Below are positions 18,752 through 28,338 of a stretch of 64,000 nucleotides of DNA, in pieces. Position 1 is the stretch's first letter; every line of letters starts with the position of its first letter. The stretch lies in the NCBI GenBank assembly GCA_947084965.1, contig CAMTUG010000003.1:64360-128359 (forward strand), given 5' to 3'. This DNA is from an uncultured Parcubacteria group bacterium. GTDB taxonomy: Bacteria > Patescibacteriota > Patescibacteriia > UBA9934 > CAMTUG01. The notes under the pieces are model-generated. The model had not been told where the DNA came from and searched no databases. It worked only from the letters and a program-made list of their open reading frames with translations. A program made the translations under genes and the position numbers.

Positions 18752-21361
18752 CTATCCTTCCATCTCACCCCAGTTTTTACCGATCTTTACTTCGGCGATG
18801 ATTGGGACGTCGAAGGTGGCGGCGTGCTCCATGATCGATTTAATTTTCTGGCCCAGTGCTTCTGCATCCGTTTTTGGAACTTCGAAAACAAGTTCGTCGT
18901 GCACTTGTAACAGCATCTTTGCGTCGACCTGTTCTTTCTCCATCCATGCACCGATATCGACCATCGCCATTTTGATGAGGTCTGCCTGGGTCCCCTGGAT
19001 CGGCATATTAACCGCCATGCGCTCGGCTTGGGCGATCAACACCGGCACCCCTGAGTTGATTTCTGGAAAGTAGCGCTTGCGACCAAATAAGGTTTGCACA
19101 AATCCGTCGGTGTGTGCCTTGGTTTTGGTTTCATCGATGTAGTCTTTGATCGCGTGATGGATCTCGAAATACTTTTCAATGAACTGTTTCGCTTCTTGCA
19201 GAGTAAGCCCAGTCGACTTGGCCAAGTTGCGCGCGCCCATGCCGTAGAGAATCCCGAAGTTAACCGCCTTAGCCGCGCGGCGTTGATCTTTTGTCACCTG
19301 ATCTTCAGGCAGATCCCACACTTCGGCCGCGGTGCGCGTGTGAATGTCGGCTCCGTCTTTGAACGCTTGGAGGAACGGTTTGTCTTTGGCGAGCATGGCG
19401 GCGATGCGCAGTTCGATCTGCGAATAGTCGAGAGCCAAGAGGACGTTGCCTTTCTCGGCAATGAACGCTTTGCGGATGGCACGGCCCTGTTCGGTGCGGA
19501 TCGGAATGTTCTGCAAGTTTGGATTGGTCGAGGACAGGCGACCGGTTGAGGCGATCGTTTGATTGAACGTGGTGTGCAAACGGCCGTCGCGCGCCACTAA
19601 GCTCGGGAGCGCGTCGACATACGTCCCGATCAACTTCGCCAGCTCGCGGTATTCCGAAATCATCGGGACGATCGGATGTAAGTCTGTAATTTTTTCGAGT
19701 TCGTCCGCCGCGGTGGAGTAACCGGTCTTGGTGCGTTTGATGCCGATGTTCGGGATCTGCAGATCCTCGAAAAGGACTTCTGCAAGTTGCGACGGGGAAT
19801 TGACGTTGAATTCGCGACCCGCTTCTTTGATAATCTTTTTGGTGAGCTTCGTGAGATCAGCGTTCATTGTTTTAGAGAGCTCGCTGAGAAAGTCGGTGTC
19901 GAGTTTCACGCCGGCGACTTCCATGTCGTAGAGAATCGGCAGGAGCGGCATCTCGATCTCTTCCATGATTTTGGTGAGTTCTTCCTTGGCAAGCTCAGTG
20001 CCAAGTTTTTTGTGAAGCAACAAGAGCGCACCGACGTCGGTGCGTGACTGACCAAACGCTTGCTGGGTAATCATCGAAAGCTCGTATCCGCGCGCGGCTG
20101 GATTTAACAAGTACGCCGCGATCATCGTGTCAAACAGTTTTCCGGAGTGACGGACGTGCGAAGCAAAGTCCGTTACAGGCATCTTAAGCGCATGCATCAT
20201 CGCCTTTATGTCGTGGCCGATAATGAGTTTTGCTTTTGCTAGTTTCTGCTTGATCGCTTCGAGATCATCTGCTTTTGGAAGATCGATTGTGCATGTGGAT
20301 TCGCCGTCGGCGAGTGAAACGGAACGGAGCGTTGCTCCAAACAGATCCTCAGCTTGTGATTCAAGGACGATCGCGAGTTTGTCGGTGCCGAGATCTTTAA
20401 GAGCAACGTTCGAGATTGCTTCGCTCGAGGCCATACTGCGTCCTTCTTGTTCGCGTGGCGTCGGAGCGTCATCCAAGTCGTGTTCATATTTTTTCAGAAG
20501 CGTTCGGAACTCAAGCGCACGAAACTTTTTCACAAGCTTTGCTGGGTCGCGTGGTTTTACTTCTGCATCAAACTTTGGCAATTTCACGTCACGCACGATC
20601 GTCACCAACCGCTTCATTTGCATGGCGTGTTTTTTCTGCCCCGCTAGCTTTTTAAGGAGCGCTGGCTTCAACATCTCCGGATGTTTTTCAACGGCCTCAT
20701 AAATCCCTTCGATCGTTCCAAATTGGGCGATCAATTCTTTCGCACCTTTCTCACCGATCCCGGCAATGCCTGGAATATTATCCGATGAATCGCCAGCGAT
20801 CGCTTTGTAATCAATCAACTGCAACGGATCAAAGCCGTAGCGCTCACGAACAGCGGCCGGGTCATACGTTTTCGTTTCTGAAATTCCTTTTACAAAATAC
20901 AACCCGTGTGTCGTGTCATCGACCAACTGCAAGGCGTCCATGTCACCGGTGACAATCATCGTTTTGATCCCGTGCTTTTTATTCAGCTCCGCAATTGTGC
21001 CCAAGATGTCATCCGCCTCATAGCCCGGAACAGAAAGCGATGGAATGCCGTAGTCAGTCAAAATACTTTGGATGATCGGGATCTGATCGTAAAGTTCCTG
21101 TTCCTTTTTTACGCGCGTCGCTTTGTACGCTTCGAATTCGTCGTGGCGGAACGTTTTGCCTGGCAAATCCCAAGCGACCGCCATTTCATCTGGCTTCACC
21201 AAATCGAGCATGCGCTCGAGGATGTTGGTGAATCCATAGGCGGCGTTGATGACCGTGCCGTCGCTCGTAGTCATTGTCTGTGGAACGGCGTGCCAGGCGC
21301 GGTGCAACAACGCGTTGCCGTCCAGGATCAAGAATGTTTTTTGTTTGCTCATAACGAGCAT
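18752..21361 (-). CDS. polA: DNA polymerase I.
   Basis: 869 aa. It has a 5'-3' exonuclease N-terminus and a family-A polymerase C-terminus (RRAAKAVNFGILYG; QVHDELVFE). Confidence 0.9.
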   Translation of the reverse strand: MLVMSKQKTFLILDGNALLHRAWHAVPQTMTTSDGTVINAAYGFTNILERMLDLVKPDEMAVAWDLPGKTFRHDEFEAYKATRVKKEQELYDQIPIIQSILTDYGIPSLSVPGYEADDILGTIAELNKKHGIKTMIVTGDMDALQLVDDTTHGLYFVKGISETKTYDPAAVRERYGFDPLQLIDYKAIAGDSSDNIPGIAGIGEKGAKELIAQFGTIEGIYEAVEKHPEMLKPALLKKLAGQKKHAMQMKRLVTIVRDVKLPKFDAEVKPRDPAKLVKKFRALEFRTLLKKYEHDLDDAPTPREQEGRSMASSEAISNVALKDLGTDKLAIVLESQAEDLFGATLRSVSLADGESTCTIDLPKADDLEAIKQKLAKAKLIIGHDIKAMMHALKMPVTDFASHVRHSGKLFDTMIAAYLLNPAARGYELSMITQQAFGQSRTDVGALLLLHKKLGTELAKEELTKIMEEIEMPLLPILYDMEVAGVKLDTDFLSELSKTMNADLTKLTKKIIKEAGREFNVNSPSQLAEVLFEDLQIPNIGIKRTKTGYSTAADELEKITDLHPIVPMISEYRELAKLIGTYVDALPSLVARDGRLHTTFNQTIASTGRLSSTNPNLQNIPIRTEQGRAIRKAFIAEKGNVLLALDYSQIELRIAAMLAKDKPFLQAFKDGADIHTRTAAEVWDLPEDQVTKDQRRAAKAVNFGILYGMGARNLAKSTGLTLQEAKQFIEKYFEIHHAIKDYIDETKTKAHTDGFVQTLFGRKRYFPEINSGVPVLIAQAERMAVNMPIQGTQADLIKMAMVDIGAWMEKEQVDAKMLLQVHDELVFEVPKTDAEALGQKIKSIMEHAATFDVPIIAEVKIGKNWGEMEG

Positions 21362-21432
21362 ATCTTAGCACAAATGGTTGACAAATGGCCGTTTTTGATA
21401 TACTTTGTTCGCTCACAACGGGAGGTGAGGTG

Positions 21433-21828
21433 ATCGGGAATGTGTATCGTCTGATGCGGGCAGCGCTCGCGGAGGCGGCTGCGGGGGACCTCGTCGTGAT
21501 CGGGGAGTACGAACTTTTCTTGGCATACGTCCAGGAACAGGGGGGAACTGATCGTCCGTCGATCGAGCAAGCGATTCGTAGCTGGCGTCCGCGAAGGGCC
21601 CTGTCTCTCGCCGAGGACCTGTCCGAGGAGTTCGCTGACATCGCGGATCTTCTCGCTGAGGTCTGTGACGGGGTCGAGCTCGACGAAGTCGAGATCCCGG
21701 ATCCGCGACCGATCGCCTTCGGAGCTCTCTGGGCTCACTGGGTCGAACACCCCTTCCTGCCGTGCGCCCGACCGGTCGCGCTTCTGACCGATCGACGAGC
21801 ATCGCTCCTTCTCACCGGACCCCGCTAG
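21433..21828 (+). CDS. Hypothetical protein, high GC. I propose a GTG start after the GGGAGGTGA RBS; the ORF track places the start at 21385.
   Basis: ORF track and RBS. No recognisable domain. Confidence 0.35.
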   Translation: MGNVYRLMRAALAEAAAGDLVVIGEYELFLAYVQEQGGTDRPSIEQAIRSWRPRRALSLAEDLSEEFADIADLLAEVCDGVELDEVEIPDPRPIAFGALWAHWVEHPFLPCARPVALLTDRRASLLLTGPR

Positions 21829-21935
21829 TCCCAGCTCTACGCGCTCGCCATACACTCTGGCGAGCGTCGTTCGTTTTCAAACGAAGACCGGGCCCGCGAG
21901 TAGATGCGGTGCCCGGTCGGAAGGAGGCGGAGGCG

Positions 21936-22244
21936 CTAGTTGGCAGCTGCCGCGGGGAGGAGTGTCGCGAGGTCGTGATTGACCCATCGGTCGTGAGGGG
22001 ACATCGTCGCGATGCGTCCCGCGGAGCACGTCGAGATGCCATGCACGTCGGTCCCGTGCGGGAGCTGGTCCGAGAGTTCGCTCATCGATGTGCCCTTCTT
22101 TGGCAGGGCGACGATTCGTACGAGCGTACTCGGGGATGATCCAACAGCGTGGATCTCCACACCGAGTGACGCCACGCGATTGACGACTTCTTGGAGGGGG
22201 ACACTGCCGCGGACGATGTAGATCAGGAGATAATACAGCTGCAC
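21936..22244 (-). CDS. Hypothetical small protein of 102 aa.
   Basis: ORF track. It lies between two hairpin terminators. Confidence 0.3.
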   Translation of the reverse strand: MQLYYLLIYIVRGSVPLQEVVNRVASLGVEIHAVGSSPSTLVRIVALPKKGTSMSELSDQLPHGTDVHGISTCSAGRIATMSPHDRWVNHDLATLLPAAAAN

Positions 22245-22435
22245 TGTGGGTTTTCTCGTTGGTGATGCGGTGGCCCAGCTGTTAAATTAGGATTAAACAG
22301 CTAGGGCATCGCGCGACCTGTTAGGCCGGGAAAAAGGGGACGGGCCACGAACCGTGAGTTCGTGGCCCGGTGGAGCCCCGCGGAAGGCGCGGGGGAGAAG
22401 CGAATCTCGAGCGGCGATCTACGCCGCGAGACTCG

Positions 22436-23272
22436 CTACATCGCGGCCTGCTGCTCGTAGCCGAGCTTGTTGCCGGCGATCGGCTTGTAGGTGAGCTCGG
22501 TCACGGGGCCGTCGGAGGTGTCGCGGGACTTGCCCATGACCAGCGTGTCGTCCTTGCCGGCGACCGGGCCGACGATCTGGAACTTCGCCTTCTTCTGGCT
22601 GAGGACCGCGAAGTTGCCGTTCCAGGCGACCTTGTAGCTGGTCTTGGGGCCCGAGACGTAGTAGACGTCCTCGTTGGCCGGGCGGGAGATGGTGGTCACC
22701 ACGTCGTCGAAGGTGCCGACCTGCTCGGCCTTGAACTCGGCGTCGTCCTTGAGCCAGGCGATGAGGTCGTCCTTCTTCATGAAGTGGGCGGCGTTCTTGG
22801 TGACGATCCGCAGCCCGTCCTTCCCGTCGTTGAGGTCCTGGATGTCCGCGAGCGGGATCTCCTTCATCTTCATGCCGGCGATGCCGACCTTGGCGACCTT
22901 GTCGGTGAGCGCCAGGCCGAAGCCGGTCGAGAAGTTGGGGGTGGAGGTGGAGGAGAGGAGCTTGCCGTCGAACTCGTCGCGCGCGACCGAGTCGTTGATC
23001 TTGGCGTCCGCGACGTAGCCGACGACCTTGGTGTTGGTGTCGAAGTCGATCGCGAAGACGTGGCCGATCTGGGCCTTGGTGTCGATGTCGAACTGCACGG
23101 CGACGGACGGCTTCACGTCGAGCTCGTCCTTGGCGTTGGGGGTCTGCTGGACCTGGAACTGGTAGGTCGGGTTCTCCAGGTCGAGGCTGAACCCGACGAT
23201 GTTGGCGCGGTTGATGGTGACGGCGGTGTCGCCGAGGGTGTCGATGTTGCCGGTGAGGATCAGGAGGTGCAC
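22436..23272 (-). CDS. Hypothetical protein of 278 aa, GC about 64%, starting with GTG.
   Basis: Its amino-acid composition looks like a real protein. It is followed on the minus strand by a hairpin plus T-run terminator (22333-22371). Confidence 0.5.
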   Translation of the reverse strand: MHLLILTGNIDTLGDTAVTINRANIVGFSLDLENPTYQFQVQQTPNAKDELDVKPSVAVQFDIDTKAQIGHVFAIDFDTNTKVVGYVADAKINDSVARDEFDGKLLSSTSTPNFSTGFGLALTDKVAKVGIAGMKMKEIPLADIQDLNDGKDGLRIVTKNAAHFMKKDDLIAWLKDDAEFKAEQVGTFDDVVTTISRPANEDVYYVSGPKTSYKVAWNGNFAVLSQKKAKFQIVGPVAGKDDTLVMGKSRDTSDGPVTELTYKPIAGNKLGYEQQAAM

Positions 23273-23579
23273 TGGACTTTCCGTGTGAGAATGTCGGATC
23301 GCGTCTGCGCCGACGTTGTTGTTGGGGATCGGGGGATTGGACCCCGAGCTACGGTCACTTGGGTCAACCGGAGCGCTGACCTGAACAGATTTCTGCTCAA
23401 TTCAGCGCTCAAATCGACCTAAGCCCATCAACCTCCTCAGACCGAGCGGAATACTACCCAAACGCTCGTAAGGCGTCAAGTCTTTGTTGGGTATAAGTTC
23501 GGTGTCTGTTAGATTGTCCACTGAAGTCTTACTCCCATTGGACTTGCCCAAATAAAAAGTGTTTTGGTAAACTATCACT

Positions 23580-24053
23580 ATGCCAAGTACAAAATGTGCA
23601 ATTTGTGCCAAGGAATTTTACGTTAAGCCCTACTTATTAGGACGCGGCTGGGGAATCTTCTGTTCAAAGGTTTGTCAGTTTAAAGGGCAGCATAAAGGGA
23701 AGGTGTTTAAATGCTCGTACTGTGACAAGGATGTCTATCGTCTTCCACGAGATATTAAAAAAACGCCAAGCGGGAATTTTTTCTGTGACAAGTCCTGTTT
23801 TGCAAAATTTAAGAATAAGCTTTGGTCATTTGGTGAAGAGCATTTTAATTGGCGGGGTGGTGAGAGTGTGTACCGTGAATTAATGCTACGAAATGACAAG
23901 AAAGCCCATGAATGTGAAAGATGTCATATTGACGATCTCCGTGTTCTCGTGGTACATCATATCGACCATAACAGGAAAAATAACGTACTATCCAACCTGA
24001 AATGGCTCTGCCGGAACTGTCACTACATTGAACACAACGGCAAAACATATTGA
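23580..24053 (+). CDS. HNH endonuclease with two N-terminal CxxC zinc ribbons, in a low-GC gene (about 42%).
   Basis: It has the pairs CAICAK...CSKVC and CSYCDK...CDKSC, plus an HNH core (HECERCH...VHHIDHNRKNN...LCRNCH). Confidence 0.7.
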   Translation: MPSTKCAICAKEFYVKPYLLGRGWGIFCSKVCQFKGQHKGKVFKCSYCDKDVYRLPRDIKKTPSGNFFCDKSCFAKFKNKLWSFGEEHFNWRGGESVYRELMLRNDKKAHECERCHIDDLRVLVVHHIDHNRKNNVLSNLKWLCRNCHYIEHNGKTY

Positions 24054-24054
24054 T

Positions 24055-24130
24055 GGCGACTATGGTGTAATGGCTAGCACAGGGGATTGTGGATCCCCTG
24101 GACAGGGTTCGAATCCCTGTAGTCGCCCCA
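24055..24130 (+). tRNA. tRNA-His (anticodon GTG), with G-1 and CCA encoded.
   Basis: It folds as G-1 + GCGACTA...GGGGA-TTGTGGA-TCCCC...GGTTCGAATCC...TAGTCGC-C-CCA. Confidence 0.8.
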
Positions 24131-24177
24131 CGAACGCATCTCCCTTTGGGAGGTGTTTTCGTTTATACTTCGGCTGT

Positions 24178-24675
24178 ATGGAAATGATGGACTACGTTGA
24201 TGAGAACGATCAGGTTGCGGGACAGGCGAGTAAGAAGGAGATCTACAAACGCCAGCTGACGCATCGTATCGTTCACGTCTGGATCTTTAATGATGCCGGA
24301 GAATTAGCGCTGCAAAGGCGCAGTGCGAGCTGTAATTTTTGCCCGTTGCATTGGGCGATGTCCGCGGCGGGACACGTCGATGCGGGGGAATCGTATGAAG
24401 TTGCGGCCCATCGGGAGTTAGTTGAAGAGATGGGTGTTGATCTGCCGCTGACGTTTGTTGGAAAGGAGATCTTTGCCGATCCGCGTGGGATGAAAAAGTT
24501 CATTGGGATTTTTCGCACCACGTTTAACGGGGAGTTTGTAACGAATCCGGATGAAGTTGATCGTGTTGAGTGGGTTGCACGTGCAGAGTTGGCCCGACGC
24601 ATCGATGCGGGAGAGCCGTGCCACCCACAACTTACCTTAATGTTCCAGAAATATTTTGCAAACGAAAAATCCTGA
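24178..24675 (+). CDS. NUDIX hydrolase.
   Basis: Nudix box GHVDAGESYEVAAHRELVEEMGV. The ORF-track start at 24028 runs into the tRNA-His gene, so I chose the ATG at 24178. Confidence 0.7.
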   Translation: MEMMDYVDENDQVAGQASKKEIYKRQLTHRIVHVWIFNDAGELALQRRSASCNFCPLHWAMSAAGHVDAGESYEVAAHRELVEEMGVDLPLTFVGKEIFADPRGMKKFIGIFRTTFNGEFVTNPDEVDRVEWVARAELARRIDAGEPCHPQLTLMFQKYFANEKS

Positions 24676-24696
24676 GCAAATGACTCAGGATTTTTC
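24670..24696 (+). terminator. Rho-independent terminator.
   Basis: Hairpin TCCTGAGcaaatgaCTCAGGA followed by TTTTT. Confidence 0.7.
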
Positions 24697-24773
24697 TGGT
24701 GCCTCGGGAGGGACTCGAACCCCCAACCTAATGGTTAGAACCCACTTGCTCTATCCAGTTGAGCTACCGAGGC
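24697..24773 (-). tRNA. tRNA-Arg (anticodon TCT).
   Basis: The reverse complement reads GCCTCGG...anticodon loop gt-TCT-aa...GGGGGTTCGAGTCCC...CCGAGGC-A-CCA. Confidence 0.8.
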
Positions 24774-24952
24774 TTGGAGATCATCCAAAACTTGCGAGCT
24801 GTTGGCTTGCGGGGCCCCGCCACTTCGTCGACGTACATTTTGAGTACGTCTCCGAAGATGGCCGCCCCGCGCACCAACATCTCATCAAGTTTTGAACGAT
24901 CTCTGGAGCAAAGGAGCGTACAGGAAAAGTAAATCTGCTACAATAGTGCCAT

Positions 24953-25792
24953 ATGAGGAGGAAGACGTCGAAGGAGGCGGCGCGTGCAGAGAACTTTTGG
25001 CCGGTATTTTTGGTTTGGACGTTGCCGTGGGCGGTCGGAATTCCGCTCGCCGCGCATCTTGGGCAGTTTTTACCGGCGACACCACCGGCATCTCCTGAGG
25101 AAGCGACATCAGCCGCGATACAGTTTGTGTTAACGCTCGCAGTTTTTATCGCCCTCATTCGATTGTTCGGTACGCGACTGCTCGTCATTGGATCGATCAT
25201 CACGGTCGGTGTTGGAACAATGGTTTTCTTCAATGCTGTCGTCGGGATTGATGCGGTCAGTAGTTTTCTTGCGGCCGTCCTTCTTGTCGTTTTTGCACAG
25301 ACGATACGTGCGCTGTGGTACCACAACGGCCTGATTGTCCTCGGCTTGCTCGGTCTTGGGCTGGCGCTCGGGAGCATGTTCTCAGCGGAGGTTTTTCTTG
25401 GGTTGCTCGTCATCCTCTCGATCTATGATCTGATCGCTGTGCGTTCTGGGTTTATTCCAAACCTCGTTCACGACATGGCGAAGAAGCACGAACCGATCTA
25501 CGTTTTACTGTTGATCCCACAAACGTGGCCTGAATGGATTTCACTCAACAAAAAATCACGCCTACGGGTGATCGGGACGGGCGATATTTTTGCTCCGCTG
25601 CTGTTGCTGGCTGCCCTTGCTGGGAGTGGTCAGGTCACGGCCGCCTGGATCTGTTTTTTCGGCGCCGTTTTCGGCGTCATCGGCAATATTGCCTTGATCC
25701 ATTCCGAACATTTCAAGCGCGGGATCCCCGCACTCCCGTTAGTAACGATTGGCGTGTTGATCGCTTACGTACTTGCCGCGCTGCTTCACTAG
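24953..25792 (+). CDS. Presenilin/signal-peptide-peptidase-like (A22 family) intramembrane aspartyl protease homolog.
   Basis: It is polytopic and carries a YD motif (LSIYDLIAV), a GxGD motif (VIGTGDIFAP) and a PAL motif (RGIPALPL). Confidence 0.5.
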   Translation: MRRKTSKEAARAENFWPVFLVWTLPWAVGIPLAAHLGQFLPATPPASPEEATSAAIQFVLTLAVFIALIRLFGTRLLVIGSIITVGVGTMVFFNAVVGIDAVSSFLAAVLLVVFAQTIRALWYHNGLIVLGLLGLGLALGSMFSAEVFLGLLVILSIYDLIAVRSGFIPNLVHDMAKKHEPIYVLLLIPQTWPEWISLNKKSRLRVIGTGDIFAPLLLLAALAGSGQVTAAWICFFGAVFGVIGNIALIHSEHFKRGIPALPLVTIGVLIAYVLAALLH

Positions 25793-26961
25793 ATTTTTTG
25801 TGTTTGGTACAGGCGAATGAGTGGCACGATCGCGCACAGGATAATCAGCATACCGAGCACAGCATAAAGTTGCGGCAGGGGTAGATGCAAGGAACCGAAG
25901 AGGAGAGCGGATCCGATCCCGACCGCCGACGTGGCGAAGTTGGCAACGGAGATCGTTGTTGCTCGCGACAACGATGGGATCGCTTTGTTCAGCGAATCGT
26001 TAAAGAACACTTCGAGCAATCCGTAAATGGCACTGGCGATCAAAACGACGGCACCGTAGAGCCAGAATGATGAAATAAACGGGGTCAAAAAGGCATACGC
26101 CGCGAGCATCACGGTGCAGACCGTCATGATCCGGACCGCTCCGAACGTAGCCAGACGATGGGCGTACGAATTTAAGATCATCGAAACAACACGCTTTATG
26201 GCGTATACAGCGCCAATAAAAATGGTTGTCGCACCGAGATGATCGAAGATAAGCTGCTGGAAGTCGTTGGTGCCAGAAATCGAGCCGATCAACAAGGCGT
26301 TCATAACAACGAGCCAGAACACAAACGCCACGGACCAGATCGACTTTAAGGCACGCGGGAAGTGACGCAAGAGCTGCATGAAGCCTTCCTCCTGCGTAAC
26401 GGAGATGCTTTTTGGTGGTGAGGGAAATCCGTTGATGCAGATGGCTGCAGCGATAAATTGAGCGGCGCAAATGAGAAAGGGAAGCGATGGAGAAAGGGCA
26501 TAACTCGCGCCACCGATAAAGACTGCGACGAGATTGAGCAGGCGGCTCATGGACTTGCCCTCACCCCAGAGCTTCAAGTGATCGGTTTCACGGCCGATCG
26601 ACTTTATGTATTCAAAGAAGAGCGCTTCGCCGGTGCCGGTTAGTAACGTACCAGCGAGGAAATAGAGTACGGTGCCGGCCATGATCCACGGAAGTGTACC
26701 GGGTAAAAAGAGCAAGGCAGCGAGGGCCTGGCCGAGGAGCGAAATAACGAGTGCTCGGCGGTGACCGATCGTGTCCGCGATGGCCCCGCTCGGAATTTCA
26801 AAAATTAATGAAACAACTTTTCCAGCGACGGTCACGAGAGCGATCTGCCCGAGATCAAGGCCCTGATCGGCCATGAAGATGACGAGGATCGGCAGAAAGA
26901 CGCGCGAGAGCAGGCCGCGGAAGATGAAATAGCGGCGAATAGCAGGGTTCCAACTAGCCAT
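25789..26961 (-). CDS. MFS transporter.
   Basis: About 12 predicted transmembrane segments, with typical MFS loop motifs. Confidence 0.65.
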   Translation of the reverse strand: MASWNPAIRRYFIFRGLLSRVFLPILVIFMADQGLDLGQIALVTVAGKVVSLIFEIPSGAIADTIGHRRALVISLLGQALAALLFLPGTLPWIMAGTVLYFLAGTLLTGTGEALFFEYIKSIGRETDHLKLWGEGKSMSRLLNLVAVFIGGASYALSPSLPFLICAAQFIAAAICINGFPSPPKSISVTQEEGFMQLLRHFPRALKSIWSVAFVFWLVVMNALLIGSISGTNDFQQLIFDHLGATTIFIGAVYAIKRVVSMILNSYAHRLATFGAVRIMTVCTVMLAAYAFLTPFISSFWLYGAVVLIASAIYGLLEVFFNDSLNKAIPSLSRATTISVANFATSAVGIGSALLFGSLHLPLPQLYAVLGMLIILCAIVPLIRLYQTQKI

Positions 26962-26963
26962 AA

Positions 26964-27881
26964 TTACGCCGCTGAGCCGTGGAACTTTTTGTGCACGTCG
27001 CGGAGTGTTTTGTCGGTGATGTGGGTGTAGACCTGAGTAGTGGTGATCGAAGAGTGTCCGAGCATCGACTGCACAGCGCGGATGTCGGCGCCGTTGCGCA
27101 GCAAGTCGGTGGCGAAGGTGTGACGGAGTGTGTGCGGAGTGATCGTTTTGGTGATTCCGGCGGCCACGGCGCAGCGTTCAATCATCCGTTGCACAGAACG
27201 TGGGGAGAGCGGGCTTGTGGAATTACGCCCCTTTTTGGCGCGATCATGCGACACAAACAGGTACGGGGAGATGTCCATCCGTTTTTCAAGATAGGATTTG
27301 ACGTGTTTGCGCGCCTCATCCGAAAGAAAGACGATGCGTGTTTTGCCGCCCTTGCCGCGAATCGTAAATTCATCGCGCTCCAGGTTAATATTTTCGATCT
27401 TGAGGTTGGTGAGTTCGGAGACGCGGAGGCCGGCGGAGAAGAGCAGTTCAATAATCGCTCGATCACGCAGACCGACGATCCCGGGCTTGGCGCAAGCTTG
27501 GCCGATTATGCGTTTTAATTCTTCTGCCTCGAGGAACTCGACCTGTCGTGATGGTTGCTTGGCGAGCTCGATCTTTTCTGGAGCTAAGCAGTCCATGTCG
27601 CGTTTGGCGCAATACTTCAAAAAAGATCGCAAAGCGATCAGGTGGTAGTTTTGGGTGTTCGCCTTGACCATTCCGTCCTGTCGTCCGATGACGTTGCGAT
27701 TCAGCCACAAGCGAAATTGTCGGACTTTGTCTGCAGTCACTTCGCTCAGTGTTTTGCATTGCGACCACTCCGTAAAACGTTGGAGATAAAACTTATAGTT
27801 GTCGATCGTTTTCAACGAGCGCCCCTTTTCAACCTCCAAATGTTCTAAAAACTCCCTCACCAATGTATCGAGCTGTGTCAT
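26964..27881 (-). CDS. Tyrosine recombinase XerC/XerD family.
   Basis: The C-terminal catalytic motifs read RHTFATDLL...LGHSSITTTQVYTH. Confidence 0.8.
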   Translation of the reverse strand: MTQLDTLVREFLEHLEVEKGRSLKTIDNYKFYLQRFTEWSQCKTLSEVTADKVRQFRLWLNRNVIGRQDGMVKANTQNYHLIALRSFLKYCAKRDMDCLAPEKIELAKQPSRQVEFLEAEELKRIIGQACAKPGIVGLRDRAIIELLFSAGLRVSELTNLKIENINLERDEFTIRGKGGKTRIVFLSDEARKHVKSYLEKRMDISPYLFVSHDRAKKGRNSTSPLSPRSVQRMIERCAVAAGITKTITPHTLRHTFATDLLRNGADIRAVQSMLGHSSITTTQVYTHITDKTLRDVHKKFHGSAA

Positions 27882-28072
27882 ACGCTCGATATTTTACGAT
27901 ACAACCACCGAATGCACTAGCAGTGTTATCCACGCGAGATTACTTGCATCCCTGTGTCTATGGGATATTCATGAGTATTCGCTTGGTATTCTTGTGGTAT
28001 GTGACGCAAAGCGTGCATTCTATTCAGATCCGGGCATCTTCTCGGTTTGAGGTGTTCAAAAGTTGATGTTGC

Positions 28073-28146
28073 GCAAAGTGGAAGTACAGAAGTCAGTTTT
28101 ATATCTCAACTTAGCAATAAAAGTAACTTCTGTACTTCCACTTTGC
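28073..28146. repeat. Perfect 21-bp inverted repeat (22 bp including one flanking pair) with a 32-nt loop.
   Basis: GCAAAGTGGAAGTACAGAAGT ... ACTTCTGTACTTCCACTTTGC. Confidence 0.7.
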
Positions 28147-28338
28147 GGGCGTTGTCTATTTGAGACACCGAACACCCGGGAGGCGTGCGCACGGTGACAG
28201 GGCGAAATCCATCAATGAACCCGATTAATTGACAATTCCGGCCAAATTTAGTAAGATTGTACCATTCAATATTAATCGACGATCGCCTGGGATTCTGGCT
28301 TTGACCTGATTCTCGGACGTTCGTGACAACCCATCCTT

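Noticed and set aside
22370-23422. + strand ORF of 350 aa (22370-23422) opposite the minus-strand 278-aa gene.
   Set aside because: It has a repetitive GDR/VAG low-complexity composition. The minus-strand frame has a balanced composition and its own hairpin plus T-run terminator.
24028-24675. 215-aa ORF-track entry starting inside tRNA-His.
   Set aside because: The ORF start overlaps the tRNA-His gene. The real gene is the NUDIX hydrolase starting at the ATG at 24178.
26964-27881. Considered whether the XerC/D-family recombinase marks an integrated prophage or island.
   Set aside because: No phage structural, integrase-associated or attachment-site features are nearby. The neighbours are an MFS transporter and rpsO, so a chromosomal dimer-resolution recombinase is more likely.
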